57,473 nt of DNA, taken from positions 1 through 57,473 of the forward strand of contig JBBIGR010000034.1 of the NCBI GenBank assembly GCA_037447435.1. The letters run 5' to 3'. How positions within the stretch are numbered: the first letter of the stretch is position 1; each line of letters begins with the position of its first letter. The position numbers and the translations under genes were made by a program. Under the pieces are notes generated by a model that did not search any database, had not been told where the DNA came from, and saw only the letters and a program-made list of their open reading frames with translations. Of this stretch, positions 48,473 to 57,420 are shown piece by piece. The DNA is from Fibrobacteria bacterium. GTDB taxonomy: Bacteria > Fibrobacterota > Chitinivibrionia > Chitinivibrionales > FEN-1185.

Positions 48473-49992
48473 GAAATACTATGCGTCTGATTGTTGTTCA
48501 CGGGGCAGCGATACTGTGCTTTGCACACACCGCTATTGCTTTCGACGATCCGTTTACCGCCTTCTTGTCGAGTATCCCTCTTGTCAAACAGATAATCAGC
48601 GACACCAATACCGGTACCGGTACTTCGGCGATTACCACAAGGAGATTTACATTTAGTTCACGAGGAAGCATCAACACGGTGTTTGCAATCATGGCTTACC
48701 CGCAGGCAGCAGGCAAATATCCGGGCATGCTGTTTTTGCATGGCGGCGGCGGCAATGCCGAGACCATGGCAGGAAACGTCGTGGCGTATGCGCAAAAGGG
48801 ATACGCCGCTCTTGCCATCGATCAACCGGGTATTTGCGGCACCACAAACACTCCTTACACAACGGGCCCGTGGAAATCCCGTCCGCTTGGCGAAGGGCCT
48901 CGCTTCGACATTGCCGCTGGTCCTCAAAACAGCACGCTTGTAGATGCCGAGGTTGCGGGAATCGAGGCATTTAACTACCTTCGTGAGCAGCCCTTTGCCG
49001 ATAGCACAAAAATGGGGATAACCGGTTCATCCTGGGGCGGTTATTCCACAACATTTTTATCGGGAGTGCTTGGCTCTAAAGTAAAGGCGTCATGGGCATA
49101 TCTGGGATGCGGGTTTTACGATAAGGGATCGTTTTGGAAAGCCCTTATCGATACAATGTCTGTGGTAACCAAGAGTACGTGGTTGACTTATTTGGATGCA
49201 GGTCGTCGCGCGCCAAATATAAAGGCGCCCTATTTTCTTGAAGCAGCTTCCAACGATACCTATTTCTGGCCCGAAGCAGTGACTGCGACACTTGATGCTA
49301 TTCCGGGAATAAAGAATCATTTTTGGGGGCCTAACCTCAATCACCAGGGCGTGGCCAGCCCTATGAAACAATTGTTTTTCGACTATTACTTGAAAGGGAC
49401 CGGCTATCCACTTGCATCGGCAACAATTACCCAAGTAACCTCGCAAATGGATAATGGCAAAAAGGTTTTCGTTGCTGCCTCGGTTCCAGCCGGCGTAACA
49501 GTTGATTCTGTCAAGCTGTATTACAGCATCCCGGATACAAATTGGCAGGGTCGCAAATGGATGCCATTGGAGGCGAAGCTCGAAACCGGCACCACATACA
49601 GTGCGGTTCTGACATCGGATCTTGTTTCGAAAAATGTCGACTATTACGCGATTGTTAAGGATAACCGAGGCGTATTAGCATCAAGCATGATGTTGCGGGC
49701 ATCGGCAAGCCCAACCCGGATTACTTATCAGGACAACGGTGTAATCGTTCGCCGCGATGCGCTTGCAACCTTTGCGTCGTATCGTGATGGAAAACTGACC
49801 ATTCATACCATTTCTAATTTGCACGACAATTCGATCGTCGTAACCATTTACTCAATCGGCGGGGAACAAATTGCTCGCAAAAAAATCATGGATGCGGTCA
49901 CCGCTGTTCCTCTATGTCATGGGATGTATATAGTGAAATTGGAAAGCGCAGGGGAAAATCCCTGGATTGGCACAATGGCTGTTGTCAAATAA
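48469..49992 (+). CDS. Secreted alpha/beta-hydrolase (acetylxylan esterase/dienelactone hydrolase-like) with sorting-like tail
   Basis: YPGMLFLHGGGG, GITGSSWGGY, NDTYF, NLNH. Tail IYSIGG...GMYIVK. Confidence 0.8.
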   Translation: MRNTMRLIVVHGAAILCFAHTAIAFDDPFTAFLSSIPLVKQIISDTNTGTGTSAITTRRFTFSSRGSINTVFAIMAYPQAAGKYPGMLFLHGGGGNAETMAGNVVAYAQKGYAALAIDQPGICGTTNTPYTTGPWKSRPLGEGPRFDIAAGPQNSTLVDAEVAGIEAFNYLREQPFADSTKMGITGSSWGGYSTTFLSGVLGSKVKASWAYLGCGFYDKGSFWKALIDTMSVVTKSTWLTYLDAGRRAPNIKAPYFLEAASNDTYFWPEAVTATLDAIPGIKNHFWGPNLNHQGVASPMKQLFFDYYLKGTGYPLASATITQVTSQMDNGKKVFVAASVPAGVTVDSVKLYYSIPDTNWQGRKWMPLEAKLETGTTYSAVLTSDLVSKNVDYYAIVKDNRGVLASSMMLRASASPTRITYQDNGVIVRRDALATFASYRDGKLTIHTISNLHDNSIVVTIYSIGGEQIARKKIMDAVTAVPLCHGMYIVKLESAGENPWIGTMAVVK

Positions 49993-50121
49993 CTAAGCCC
50001 TGTACATTTACATTGTAACTATCAAGCCGGAATGTGGAGCGAAATCCGCCACCATCGTTTCCGTAAAGAAGAAGATCTTTATCGAGGCCACTTTCAAATA
50101 GGAGAAACAAAAGGAAAACCT

Positions 50122-52086
50122 ATGCGCAATACTTATAGTAATGATAACGGCTTAATTATCAAGTTTATCATAACCAAGGCGTTATGCCTTTTTCTCGTTG
50201 GGCGTGCGTTAGTGGGGGGGAGTGCTTCGGAAGCGCTCGGCCAGACGTACACTGCAGTAGTCGATGCAAGCAAAGACTTCGGGGCTCTGGATCACTTCTG
50301 GTCCCGGGCGGCCGGCAACGGCAACGCTCGGCTACAGGCCCAGACCGATATGCGCACCCAGCTGAAGTGGTGCCACGACGAATGGGGTATGCAGTACACA
50401 ATCCATCACGGTCTGTTTAACGACTCCATGCACATCTACCACGAGGATGCTTCCGGCAATCCGGTGTACGAGTGGAAGATGTTCGATTCCTGCTACGATT
50501 ATACCTTCAAAGAACTTGGGATGCGCGCCCACTTCACCCTCTTTCCCATGCCTCACGATCTGGCCGCCAGCCTCGATAAGACCGGCCATGTCTTTAACGG
50601 TGCGCCCAGTTACTATTCGGTGCCCAAGGACTACAATAAATGGAAGAACCTTTGTGCGGCGCTTGCGCAACATGTGGTTGACCGCTACGGCTTAGCTGCG
50701 GCGCGTCAGTGTTATTTTCGTGTCTGGAACGAAAATGACATCACAGGCTTTTCCATGGGCACCATGGATGACTGGCAACACCTTTACGACTACGCGGTCG
50801 AGGGTGTCAAATCGGTCGATTCACTGCTGAAGGTTGGTGGGCCCTCATTATCGGGACCCAATACGACTATTCTGGGCAATTTCCTCGACCATTGCCAGTC
50901 GGCCAACTACGCCAATCCTGCCAAACACTCAACAGCAATCGACTTCATCTCGTTTCATACATATGCCTCGGGGCCCAACGAATTGGGGCTGGGCAATTTA
51001 CGCGGGGCCGTCAGCGGCATCAACACGGTCAAGACCCTGCTGCAGACACGCGGGCTGCTAGGCAAGGTGGCGATACATATCACCGAGTACGGCGCCAGCT
51101 ACGCGCGCAACTACAACAACCCCAAAAACCCGACCAAGAGCGAACCCTACGCCAAGCACGATTCGCAACTCGCGGCGGCCTTCTTCGCCTTCGAAGTCTC
51201 CTCGCTGCTTTACGATTGGAACAATATCGGTGTTGGCGTCAATAACAAAGACGTGATCCCCCCGATCTTCAGCTACTGGGTCATGTCCGACATCTTCGAC
51301 GAGGATGGTGTGATCATGAAGGATTTCATCAACTGTCACGGTCAGATCACTCGCTTGCATTGGATCAAGAAGCCATCCTTCAACGCCTTCAAGATGATGA
51401 ACATGCTCGGCGACCGACTTCTGCCGATGACTCACTCCTCGCCAGGCGACACTGTAAAAGGAGTCGCGGCCCGCAGCAGCGGCACCGGTGCCGTTCAGGT
51501 GGTGCTGTTCAATTGTCCCAAAGGTAACGTCACCCAGTTTGTCGATCATCCGATCAAGCTTACCGTCAACAACATCACGTCACCCACCAGCAAGGTGCGC
51601 TACGAGCTGTACGCGGTTGACAAGGTACACAGCAACAGTTTCACGGTTTGGGATCGGCTGGGTCGCCCCGACTCGATGACACAAGTTCAGGTGGACTCCT
51701 GTAAGGTGCATCAGGAGCTGGAAAAGATCAAATCGGTCGATGCATATCAACTCAGCAACGGCACATTCCGCGACAGCATCTACCTGTCCGGACAAAGCGT
51801 TGTACTTGCGGTTTTGACTCCATTGGTACAAGTGGGAGCGAATCCTAGGGAAGTGCAAAAGACCTGTGTGTCGGGCTTTGCGGCAACTGCAAAAGTACAA
51901 ATTGTAAAAGGACGAGCGATTCTTCCGCCCCATCTATTTGGGGATGCGCATGAACTTCGGTTCTATTCAGTGAGGGGCGAGATTCTGGGTGTCCTTCGAC
52001 CCAAACTTGGTGGCGGGTACGGCAACGAATGGCAGGCGATTAATGTACCTGCAGTAGATGGTATCGTAATAGTACAACGTCGATAG
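50122..52086 (+). CDS. Glycoside hydrolase family 39 (beta-xylosidase-like)
   Basis: HHGLFND, VWNE acid/base, KVGGP, IDFISFHTY, HITEY nucleophile, SYWVMSDIFDE, KKPSFNAF, HSNSF..W..LG.P. Start at the ATG after AAGGA. Confidence 0.9.
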   Translation: MRNTYSNDNGLIIKFIITKALCLFLVGRALVGGSASEALGQTYTAVVDASKDFGALDHFWSRAAGNGNARLQAQTDMRTQLKWCHDEWGMQYTIHHGLFNDSMHIYHEDASGNPVYEWKMFDSCYDYTFKELGMRAHFTLFPMPHDLAASLDKTGHVFNGAPSYYSVPKDYNKWKNLCAALAQHVVDRYGLAAARQCYFRVWNENDITGFSMGTMDDWQHLYDYAVEGVKSVDSLLKVGGPSLSGPNTTILGNFLDHCQSANYANPAKHSTAIDFISFHTYASGPNELGLGNLRGAVSGINTVKTLLQTRGLLGKVAIHITEYGASYARNYNNPKNPTKSEPYAKHDSQLAAAFFAFEVSSLLYDWNNIGVGVNNKDVIPPIFSYWVMSDIFDEDGVIMKDFINCHGQITRLHWIKKPSFNAFKMMNMLGDRLLPMTHSSPGDTVKGVAARSSGTGAVQVVLFNCPKGNVTQFVDHPIKLTVNNITSPTSKVRYELYAVDKVHSNSFTVWDRLGRPDSMTQVQVDSCKVHQELEKIKSVDAYQLSNGTFRDSIYLSGQSVVLAVLTPLVQVGANPREVQKTCVSGFAATAKVQIVKGRAILPPHLFGDAHELRFYSVRGEILGVLRPKLGGGYGNEWQAINVPAVDGIVIVQRR

Positions 52087-52219
52087 GAACTCAGGAAACA
52101 AAACATGTCCTAACATCGATGCATTCTTCCCTGAGCCATACGTGCCTAATGCATAGCTCAAGGGCTATAGAAAGACCTTTGTAAGATTATAATTTTGGTC
52201 TGTTTTTTTTGCTCCAAAG

Positions 52220-52297
52220 TGTTCACTGGAGTGAACAGCAAAAATAAAACTTTAAGCAAAATTTAACTGTTTTTCCTATATTATGTTCACTTGGACA
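52220..52297. promoter_or_regulatory. Palindrome plus additional half-site upstream of TIGR02147 gene 2 (candidate operator)
   Basis: TGTTCACT-GG-AGTGAACA perfect inverted repeat at 52220-52237; third copy TGTTCACT at 52284-52291, within TGTTCACTTGGACA. Confidence 0.5.
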
Positions 52298-52331
52298 ATT
52301 GTAAATAACAAAAAACCAAAATACAATACTT

Positions 52332-53162
52332 ATGATAAATATCTTCGAATATCAGAATTACCGGCTCTATCTTCATGACTATTATGATGATCAGAAGAAA
52401 ACGAAGAAATACTTTTCGTACAGATATTTTTCCAAAAAAGCCGGGATAAACGCTTCTGCATTTCTGTACTATGTCATCGAAGGAAAAAGAAATCTCACCA
52501 AGACGAGTATCAATAAAATTTCTACGGCTATTGGTCATTCAAAAGGAGAAAATGAGTTTTTCGAAAACATGGTTTTTTTCAATCAGGCAAAAACAATTTC
52601 CGAAAAAATCATATACTATACGCGAATTGTCGAATGCAAAAAGCCGTTGGACATTCGAACCGTAGAAAAAGACCGTTACGAATATTACAGTAAATGGCAT
52701 CACAGTGTTATCCGGGAAATTGTGGCATTAGTTGATTTTAAGAATAATTATAGTCTTCTCGCAAATAAATTAGTTCCGGAAATTTCTGTCAAAGAAGCCA
52801 AGGAATCGGTTGAATTGCTTGAACGTCTGGGTTTCATTGAAAAAGATTCCGAAGGTTTGTTTCATCAAACCGATATTGTCCTCAGCGCAAAACCGAATGG
52901 ACCGGAAACATTTGTCATTGAGAAATTTCAGATGGAAATGCTTTCTATGGCCATGGCTTCGTTTGATGCTTTTGCCCGCTCGCAGCGATTGAGTTCGTCA
53001 ACGACTTTCGGTATTTCCAAAGCCACTTTTGATTTATTTACGCTAAAAACCAGAGAGTTTCGAAAAGAATTGCTGGAAATCGCCAAGCTCGACGACAATC
53101 CTGAACGGGTTTTCCAATTGACAATGAATCTTTTTCCCGTGAGCAGGGAATTACATGAATAA
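52332..53162 (+). CDS. TIGR02147 family protein (DUF4423), putative DNA-binding, copy 2
   Basis: IFEYQNYRLYL, FSYRYFSKKAG, GKRNLT, KWHHSVIRE, RLSSSTT, MNLFPVS. Confidence 0.9.
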   Translation: MINIFEYQNYRLYLHDYYDDQKKTKKYFSYRYFSKKAGINASAFLYYVIEGKRNLTKTSINKISTAIGHSKGENEFFENMVFFNQAKTISEKIIYYTRIVECKKPLDIRTVEKDRYEYYSKWHHSVIREIVALVDFKNNYSLLANKLVPEISVKEAKESVELLERLGFIEKDSEGLFHQTDIVLSAKPNGPETFVIEKFQMEMLSMAMASFDAFARSQRLSSSTTFGISKATFDLFTLKTREFRKELLEIAKLDDNPERVFQLTMNLFPVSRELHE

Positions 53163-54792
53163 GAATTTAAAAGGGCTGAAAATAACTCTCCTGATCGCAT
53201 CGTGCATTCTTGTCTTAGCATCTCACTGCAGCCGTCAATCACTTGATGTTGCGGGCGGCGGTTCCGATACCGAAGTTTCCGGACGCATTGTTTCTGCCGA
53301 TGGCAAAGGAAATCCTGGTGTCAAAGTCCTGCTGATCAATGCACAATACAATCCAGCATTTGATACGGCATCTTCGGATATCTTGACCGATACCACGGAC
53401 GCAGACGGCGCATACCGGTTTGAACGTGTTAAATTGGGGGCTTACAATATTCAAGCGCAACAGCTTGATAATGCTGCCTGCCGTTTGCTTCCGCAAGTCT
53501 TGGTTTCGTGGAATAAAACCGTTTTGGTTTCGGATGATTCTTTACGAAAACCGGTCTCGCTCCGGGTTTACCTTTCCGACAGCATATCGGTAGCCCAAGG
53601 ATATCTTTACATTCCGGGGACCACGATTGCCCGTTATTTTGCCGCAGGCGCTCAAGTTGTGGAATTCGACTCCATTCCTCAAGGCAAAATCGGTACAGTG
53701 CAATGTCAACATACGGCGATATCGGCAAAACAAGCTTTATTTGAAAATGTACAGCTGGATTCTACCCGGATAACATCGCTGTATTCCGTAAATTCCAGGA
53801 CCAAAATGGCGAAACTTTTTTTTAATACGACATCTACTGGAGCAGGCATTGCAAGCAATATTCTCAATTTTCCCATTCTTGTCAGATTGACAAAAAGTTC
53901 GTTTGATTTTGCATCCGCAAAATCCGACGGCAGCGATATTCGTTTCCAAAAGTCAAATGGGTCACCGCTATCATATGAAATAGAGCAATGGGATGCCGGT
54001 GCCGGTGTTGCAGCTATTTGGGTACGCGTTGATACGGTTTACGGAAACGACAGTTCGCATTATGCCATCATGCTTTGGGGCCTTCGGTCGGCAGGCTCAG
54101 CGACCGTATCCTTGTCGAATAGTTCGGCAGTGTTTGATACAGCCTACGGCAATTGCGGTGTATGGCACTTTGGGACGAGCTTAAGCGATGCAACGGTGTA
54201 TGGCGATAACGGTACAGATAGCTCGACCGTCGACGGCATCGGTATAATCGGGCGTTGCAGAATATTTAATCCGAACAATCGAAGCTTCATTACTATTCCG
54301 GCAGCTCGGCAATTCAATATAACCGCAAACATAACACTTTCGGCATGGGTGAAAATCGACTCGCTTACTACCAAATGGGAAACAATTATTGCAAAAGGCG
54401 ATAATACCTATAGATTGCATGTCAATACAGCCAGCAAAACTGCCTATTTCAGTATGAGTGATTCCGATACTGCCAATTTCGGCTATGAGGATGCCGGTGG
54501 AACAACCGTATTGAGTGATAATGCGTGGCATCTTGTCACCGGAGTTTTCGACGGAACAGTCATGCGGTTGTATGTGGACGGTGTTTTGGAATCTACCCGT
54601 AACAGCAGTAAACCGTGTTTGATAAACAATCTTGATATAACGATAGGTGATAACATTCCGCGGACGCCAAGGTTTTTCTTTGGCTCCATCGATGAAATGC
54701 GGGTTTTACGAACTGCGGTGGATAAAGACTGGGTCAGGCTTTGTTACATGAATCAAAAAGAAAATGAATCCTTACTCCGGATGCCAAAGTAG
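53155..54792 (+). CDS. Lipoprotein: carboxypeptidase-regulatory-like Ig + DUF2341 + LamG/ConA domain, copy 2
   Basis: 8-bp overlap with the TIGR02147 stop. LASHC then VAGGGSDT; GYLYIPGT; FPILVRL..FDF..A..DGSDIRF..EIEQWD; WHLVTGVFDG; GSIDEMR; WVRLCYMNQ. Confidence 0.88.
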   Translation: MNKNLKGLKITLLIASCILVLASHCSRQSLDVAGGGSDTEVSGRIVSADGKGNPGVKVLLINAQYNPAFDTASSDILTDTTDADGAYRFERVKLGAYNIQAQQLDNAACRLLPQVLVSWNKTVLVSDDSLRKPVSLRVYLSDSISVAQGYLYIPGTTIARYFAAGAQVVEFDSIPQGKIGTVQCQHTAISAKQALFENVQLDSTRITSLYSVNSRTKMAKLFFNTTSTGAGIASNILNFPILVRLTKSSFDFASAKSDGSDIRFQKSNGSPLSYEIEQWDAGAGVAAIWVRVDTVYGNDSSHYAIMLWGLRSAGSATVSLSNSSAVFDTAYGNCGVWHFGTSLSDATVYGDNGTDSSTVDGIGIIGRCRIFNPNNRSFITIPAARQFNITANITLSAWVKIDSLTTKWETIIAKGDNTYRLHVNTASKTAYFSMSDSDTANFGYEDAGGTTVLSDNAWHLVTGVFDGTVMRLYVDGVLESTRNSSKPCLINNLDITIGDNIPRTPRFFFGSIDEMRVLRTAVDKDWVRLCYMNQKENESLLRMPK

Positions 54793-54816
54793 ACAGAAAC
54801 TACAAAAGGATTTGAA

Positions 54817-57348
54817 ATGAAATTACCATCCTTTTTATTACTTCTATTTGTGTCAATAGGTGTGAAAGCGGCAACAGATTACCAACTCTGGTATAATTCT
54901 CCGGGAGTTGGCGCCTCGCAAGGTGCCTTACCAATCGGAAACGGGCATATAGGTATGATGCTGCAATGCAAGCCGATAAACGACACCTCGTATTTATCTG
55001 ATTGCAATTTGTATAGTGATGACGGCGGGACGGAAATGCATTTCGGTTATTTGAACAGGGTGCATATCAATTACCCCAATAATGCCGTATACTCTAATTA
55101 CAAACGAGTTTTAGACGTTGGAGAAGCAACGCTTGGTATTTCCTACACTTCAAATGCAAAACAGTATTATTCCGAATATATCGCCAGTTTTCCGGATTCA
55201 TGCATCATAAATCATGTCACGTGTAATGTTCCGGCAAGCATCACTGCGGTCATCGGCATTTCCGATGGATTTGCTTTTCGGACCATGTCGGTTTCGGCAA
55301 GCGGCGCATTGCTTAGATTTTTCGGAACGCAAAACCATACAAAATTCCCCGCAACGCCGGTTGAATTGCAAATTTATGTGAAAAAGCTGGGTGCTAACGG
55401 AAGTGTTGCGCCAAACGGCAATACCATCGTTGCTACGAATTGCGATTCTCTTGACATATTTATAGCCGTCGACGATCAGTTCAAGCATGATGCATCCAGC
55501 AATTATTTGCGTTCGTTTCCAACTGCACATGCCGCGTGTTCCACCATTGTCGCCCGTGCATCGGCGCAAACCTATGACCAATTGCGTGCACGCCATATTG
55601 CCGATTATCAAAGTCTGTTCAACAGGTTTATTCTCGACCTCAATGCTCCTGTCAATTCCGCGGTTGCAACGGATCAACGGTTGGCAAAATATAAGACCTT
55701 TTCCGGAAACGATCTTGGTTTTCAAGTGTTGATGGGAGCCTATGGCCGTTATCTCATGATCGGTTCGTCAAGGAACAAACTTCCACCCGGGCTTGTAGGC
55801 ATTTATGAACCCAAGTACTATTCCGATTGGACAGGAGGATTTTACAACAACATCAATGCGCAGATGATGTGGGGATCTTTGGAAACAAATAATCTGGCGG
55901 AATGTGCCGTGCCTTTTATAAATTTTGTCAATAATATACGGCCCGCTCTCCGGGCCGCGTCTCAAATAGCGGATCCGGGTGAACGCGGTTACGCCTGTTG
56001 GCACAGGTCTAATCCGTACGGCGGGACAACGGAATGGAAATATGAAGGCGGAACACCGTGGAACCTCGACTATGCATACGATCATTTCCGTTTTGATCAG
56101 GATACGCAATATCTGCAGGAGAACATATACCCGAATATGAAAGAAGTCAGCCAGCATCTCATAGATCATCAAAAATTGATTAATGGTAAATATGTGACCT
56201 GCGACGGCTGGTCGCCTGAGGCAGGAACCTGCGGAAAAGACACGAATACCGCTCATGACGGTCAAACAACCTGGGACCTTTTGTCAAATACGCTGGAGGC
56301 TGCAACAATTCTTGGTATAGATTCCTTGTTTCGCGACACTTTAAAAATGCGGCTATCTCAAATCGACAACGGAATAAATCATATAGGCCCCAAAGGGGAT
56401 TTGCTGGAATTTGCAAATAGCACAGTCAGTTTGCCTGCTATGCGGCACGCTTCGCATTTGTTCTGTATGTCTCCCGGACATCAGGTATCTCCGCTTCTCG
56501 ATACGAAAACGTTTGTCGCTGCGCAAAAGGCGCTTAACTTAAAACAAATTGGCTCGACCGGCTGGTCGTTCATGTATTTGGCCGGAATTGACGCTCGTTG
56601 TTGTCAAGGAGACTCGGCATTTCGGCGCCTCGATAGTGCTTTAACGCATAATTATTCGGGCCAAAACATGCTAAACCACGATACGGATCCGGCAAGCGCC
56701 TGGCAAATGGACGGCAATATCGGCTTTTGCGCGGTATTGCCCGAACTTCTTGCGCAAAGTCATATCGGGTACATCATACAGCTGTTGCCGGCTCTGCCTT
56801 CGAAATGGCCGAGGGGAACCGTGCAGGGGCTTCGTTTACGAAACGGATTTGTTATAGATAAAATGACATGGGAAAACGGAAAACTTTCAGAAGCATACAT
56901 AAAGTCTATACTTGGAAAGCAATGCAAAATATACGGATCGCAATACGCAGTTTTCGAAAATTCTTCAAATACGAGAATTCCCCAGGTTATAAGTGATGGT
57001 TGCCAAGTGTTTCCCACGATTGCAAACAAGGTTTATAAGGTCATGCTGGCAAGCAATGTCGGCACGGCTCCAAACTCCATGCGCAGTAATGATAATAATT
57101 TTAGGGTTACCATAGGGCAGCATGATGCGGGACGTCGGCTTGTTATAGCATTAAATGAAAATCCATGGGCTCATCTTTCTGTACGGTTATTCGATTCAAA
57201 AGGACAGCAAGTGGCAAAAGCGAATGTACGGAAAAATCAGACTGCTATACAAATGGAAATGTCCCATTGTGTACAGGGAACGTATTTCGTTTCTCTTGCT
57301 GATGGACAACAAAATATTTATTGCAAGAAAATCCTGGTTGTGCGGTAA
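54817..57348 (+). CDS. Glycoside hydrolase family 95 (alpha-L-fucosidase/alpha-L-galactosidase-like) with C-terminal sorting-like domain
   Basis: ALPIGNG, GRYLMIGSSR, NIN, SPE, RHASHL, TGWS, QMDGN, LLPALP..W..G.V.GL. Tail FDSKGQQV...GTYFV...KK. Confidence 0.92.
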   Translation: MKLPSFLLLLFVSIGVKAATDYQLWYNSPGVGASQGALPIGNGHIGMMLQCKPINDTSYLSDCNLYSDDGGTEMHFGYLNRVHINYPNNAVYSNYKRVLDVGEATLGISYTSNAKQYYSEYIASFPDSCIINHVTCNVPASITAVIGISDGFAFRTMSVSASGALLRFFGTQNHTKFPATPVELQIYVKKLGANGSVAPNGNTIVATNCDSLDIFIAVDDQFKHDASSNYLRSFPTAHAACSTIVARASAQTYDQLRARHIADYQSLFNRFILDLNAPVNSAVATDQRLAKYKTFSGNDLGFQVLMGAYGRYLMIGSSRNKLPPGLVGIYEPKYYSDWTGGFYNNINAQMMWGSLETNNLAECAVPFINFVNNIRPALRAASQIADPGERGYACWHRSNPYGGTTEWKYEGGTPWNLDYAYDHFRFDQDTQYLQENIYPNMKEVSQHLIDHQKLINGKYVTCDGWSPEAGTCGKDTNTAHDGQTTWDLLSNTLEAATILGIDSLFRDTLKMRLSQIDNGINHIGPKGDLLEFANSTVSLPAMRHASHLFCMSPGHQVSPLLDTKTFVAAQKALNLKQIGSTGWSFMYLAGIDARCCQGDSAFRRLDSALTHNYSGQNMLNHDTDPASAWQMDGNIGFCAVLPELLAQSHIGYIIQLLPALPSKWPRGTVQGLRLRNGFVIDKMTWENGKLSEAYIKSILGKQCKIYGSQYAVFENSSNTRIPQVISDGCQVFPTIANKVYKVMLASNVGTAPNSMRSNDNNFRVTIGQHDAGRRLVIALNENPWAHLSVRLFDSKGQQVAKANVRKNQTAIQMEMSHCVQGTYFVSLADGQQNIYCKKILVVR

Positions 57349-57367
57349 GAACCTATTCGTATACCCT

Positions 57368-57411
57368 CACTCCTTATCCCCCGCCCCTTTTCCCCCCTCC
57401 CATTAATGGGC
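57368..57411 (+). repeat. C-rich short interspersed (REP-like) repeat, copy 2
   Basis: CACTCCTTATCCCCCGCCCCTTTTCCCCCCTCCCATTAATGGGC, homologous to 54-98; contains the perfect palindrome CCCATTAATGGG. Confidence 0.7.
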
Positions 57412-57420
57412 GAAGTGCCC

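Noticed and set aside
52107..52170. attC-like hairpin after GH39 (CCTAAC ... CCCTGAGC/GCTCAAGGG), suggesting an integron-type cassette array
   Set aside because: No matching GTTRRRY core, no similar sites between other array genes (many overlap directly), and no integrase in the window.
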